From Ylistrum balloti (taxonomy: Eukaryota), in NCBI RefSeq assembly GCF_031769215.1, contig NW_026782527.1:248001-312000 (forward strand): 64,000 nt of DNA, read 5' to 3'. Every line of letters starts with the position of its first letter. Within the stretch, counting starts at the first letter, position 1. Positions 62,446 through 64,000 of this stretch are shown here, piece by piece. Below the pieces are notes generated by a model that saw only the letters and a program-made list of their open reading frames with translations, had not been told where the DNA came from and ran no database searches. The position numbers and the translations under genes are program-made.

Positions 62446-64000
62446 AAATAGAATATTGTAAATGACAAGATTTATATACATGTAACATTATCTAATGTGC
62501 AATAGGCAAATGATTGTATTTTGAGAATTGTAAATTATGTAGTGTCAATTCTGTGCTTATTAGTCAGTGTATTTATTTCTCTTTAAAACACTTTTAAACT
62601 GACATTAAATTTGCAAGTTTAGAACTTAAAAATATCTTATTTAGTTTATTTCAAAGCCTAAAATTAGTTTTCTTCAATATTGCTGCTGATATATATGACA
62701 AGTTGAAAGGTGTTCACTGTTTTATTGTTCCCCAGTGAAATTTCTTCACTTTCAAAGTTGGTTTTGTTTTGTAATTGATTGACCAAACTTGTGCTGTAGA
62801 ACCATATTGTTTTCAAGTTTGATGTAATATGATCCTGTCTGGTAGATATCTGCTGTTTTGTAAAGCATGTTTTGGGGATCATATCTTTTAGAACTCTACC
62901 GTAATACTGCAGTCAATCTTTTAAAATTCTACTACCATCATGGTTGTTTACATATAAGGCTTAAGTGTTAGCTTATTTCTACCTTAATACACAGGTAGAT
63001 ATGGATATTATAATCTAAGAGAACTTTACATTAAAGTTTTAACTACTGAACTTTTGTCTGTAAAAGATGCATTTGTTTGATGATCATATTTTGCAGATCT
63101 CTACCGTACTATACAGGTTCATGTGTCATTTTAGTCCAAGCCTTGCTTGGAAACGTATATATATATACGTTTATCTGAGGGTATAAAAGGCCTGTAACCT
63201 GCCAAACCGGTTATCATTATTTCAATGTAGGCGTAACACAACTAATTAGTACATTGCATGAGAACATTTACTCACTTCCATTTTTTTTCGTCCGAATGAC
63301 TGAATAATCCGGAAATGAATGTTTAACACATATTTACAGCAAATAGGTAGAGTACTAACCATATAACAGAAATAAACATTTATTTACATTATAATTTATG
63401 CATCTTAAGCCATGCATTCTGGAGGAAAAAACACACAACTTATAAAAAAATGAATAACATCGACAAACCCTACCTTGTTTTTTCAGAGTACTGGCATAAA
63501 TTCCTGTGTAACAAGCTAAACTATTTCTAGTTATTTCCCTCAGAAAAAGAGTTCACTATTCAAATTTTAGAAAATCTACGACAGATCACCACATGACCAA
63601 GATTGAGGAAACATAAACAAATAATATTTATATGTTATACAGAGCTTCAGTGACATAGTAAAATTGGTCGTGTCCAGAGTTTGGTGCACATGCAGGTGTT
63701 TCGGGATATATATGTGATGGACTGCAGAGAGGTTTCTCTGTTTTCAGTTTTGTTTTTAATATATTTTTGGATAGCTGAGAAGAACTGATCATCTTTACAC
63801 AACTTCAAAGTTCTAAGGTGAGTGCACTCATTTGGGGTCCTAAGTACCTGTAACTATATAATATACAGGCGAGTTTCTCTTCAGGGGGTCAATGTTGAAA
63901 TGACAGGTTGTAAGCCTTTTATACACTGGGACACCAGTACTCATTTCAAAGCAAGGCTTGGACTTAAATGTCAACCACGTCCTTCGATACGCTGACTGGA

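Overview
AT-rich eukaryotic genomic DNA. The repeat families (Helentron-associated HINE-like elements, V-domain and CORE/Meta-type tRNA SINEs) suggest a bivalve mollusc, probably an oyster; this is inference. Two + strand genes are recognisable. (1) The last three coding exons of RBM28 (nucleolar RRM protein, Nop4 orthologue) at 98-172, 1157-1516 and 2912-3037. (2) The 5' end of TULP4 (WD40/SOCS/tubby-like). It has a CpG-rich putative promoter and non-coding first exon near 9.4-10.15 kb, candidate UTR exons, and a first coding exon (CDS 28000-28260). The next coding intron runs past the window end (>35.7 kb), and I found no second coding exon. The rest is intron or intergenic DNA with many minisatellites, non-autonomous transposons and SINEs. 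The most notable unexplained signals are: a decayed hammerhead ribozyme core at about 35.8 kb, just after a very weak DIRS/Ngaro-like retroelement relic that splits a satellite array; several RFX X-box-like palindromes in TULP4 introns; three uORFs, one per frame, just before the TULP4 ATG; and orphan strong splice donors that may be internal first exons or recursive splice sites. There is no CRISPR array, rRNA, intact tRNA or intact transposase. All homology calls are by eye and from memory, with no database searches. I see no convincing evidence of a wholly new multi-gene system.
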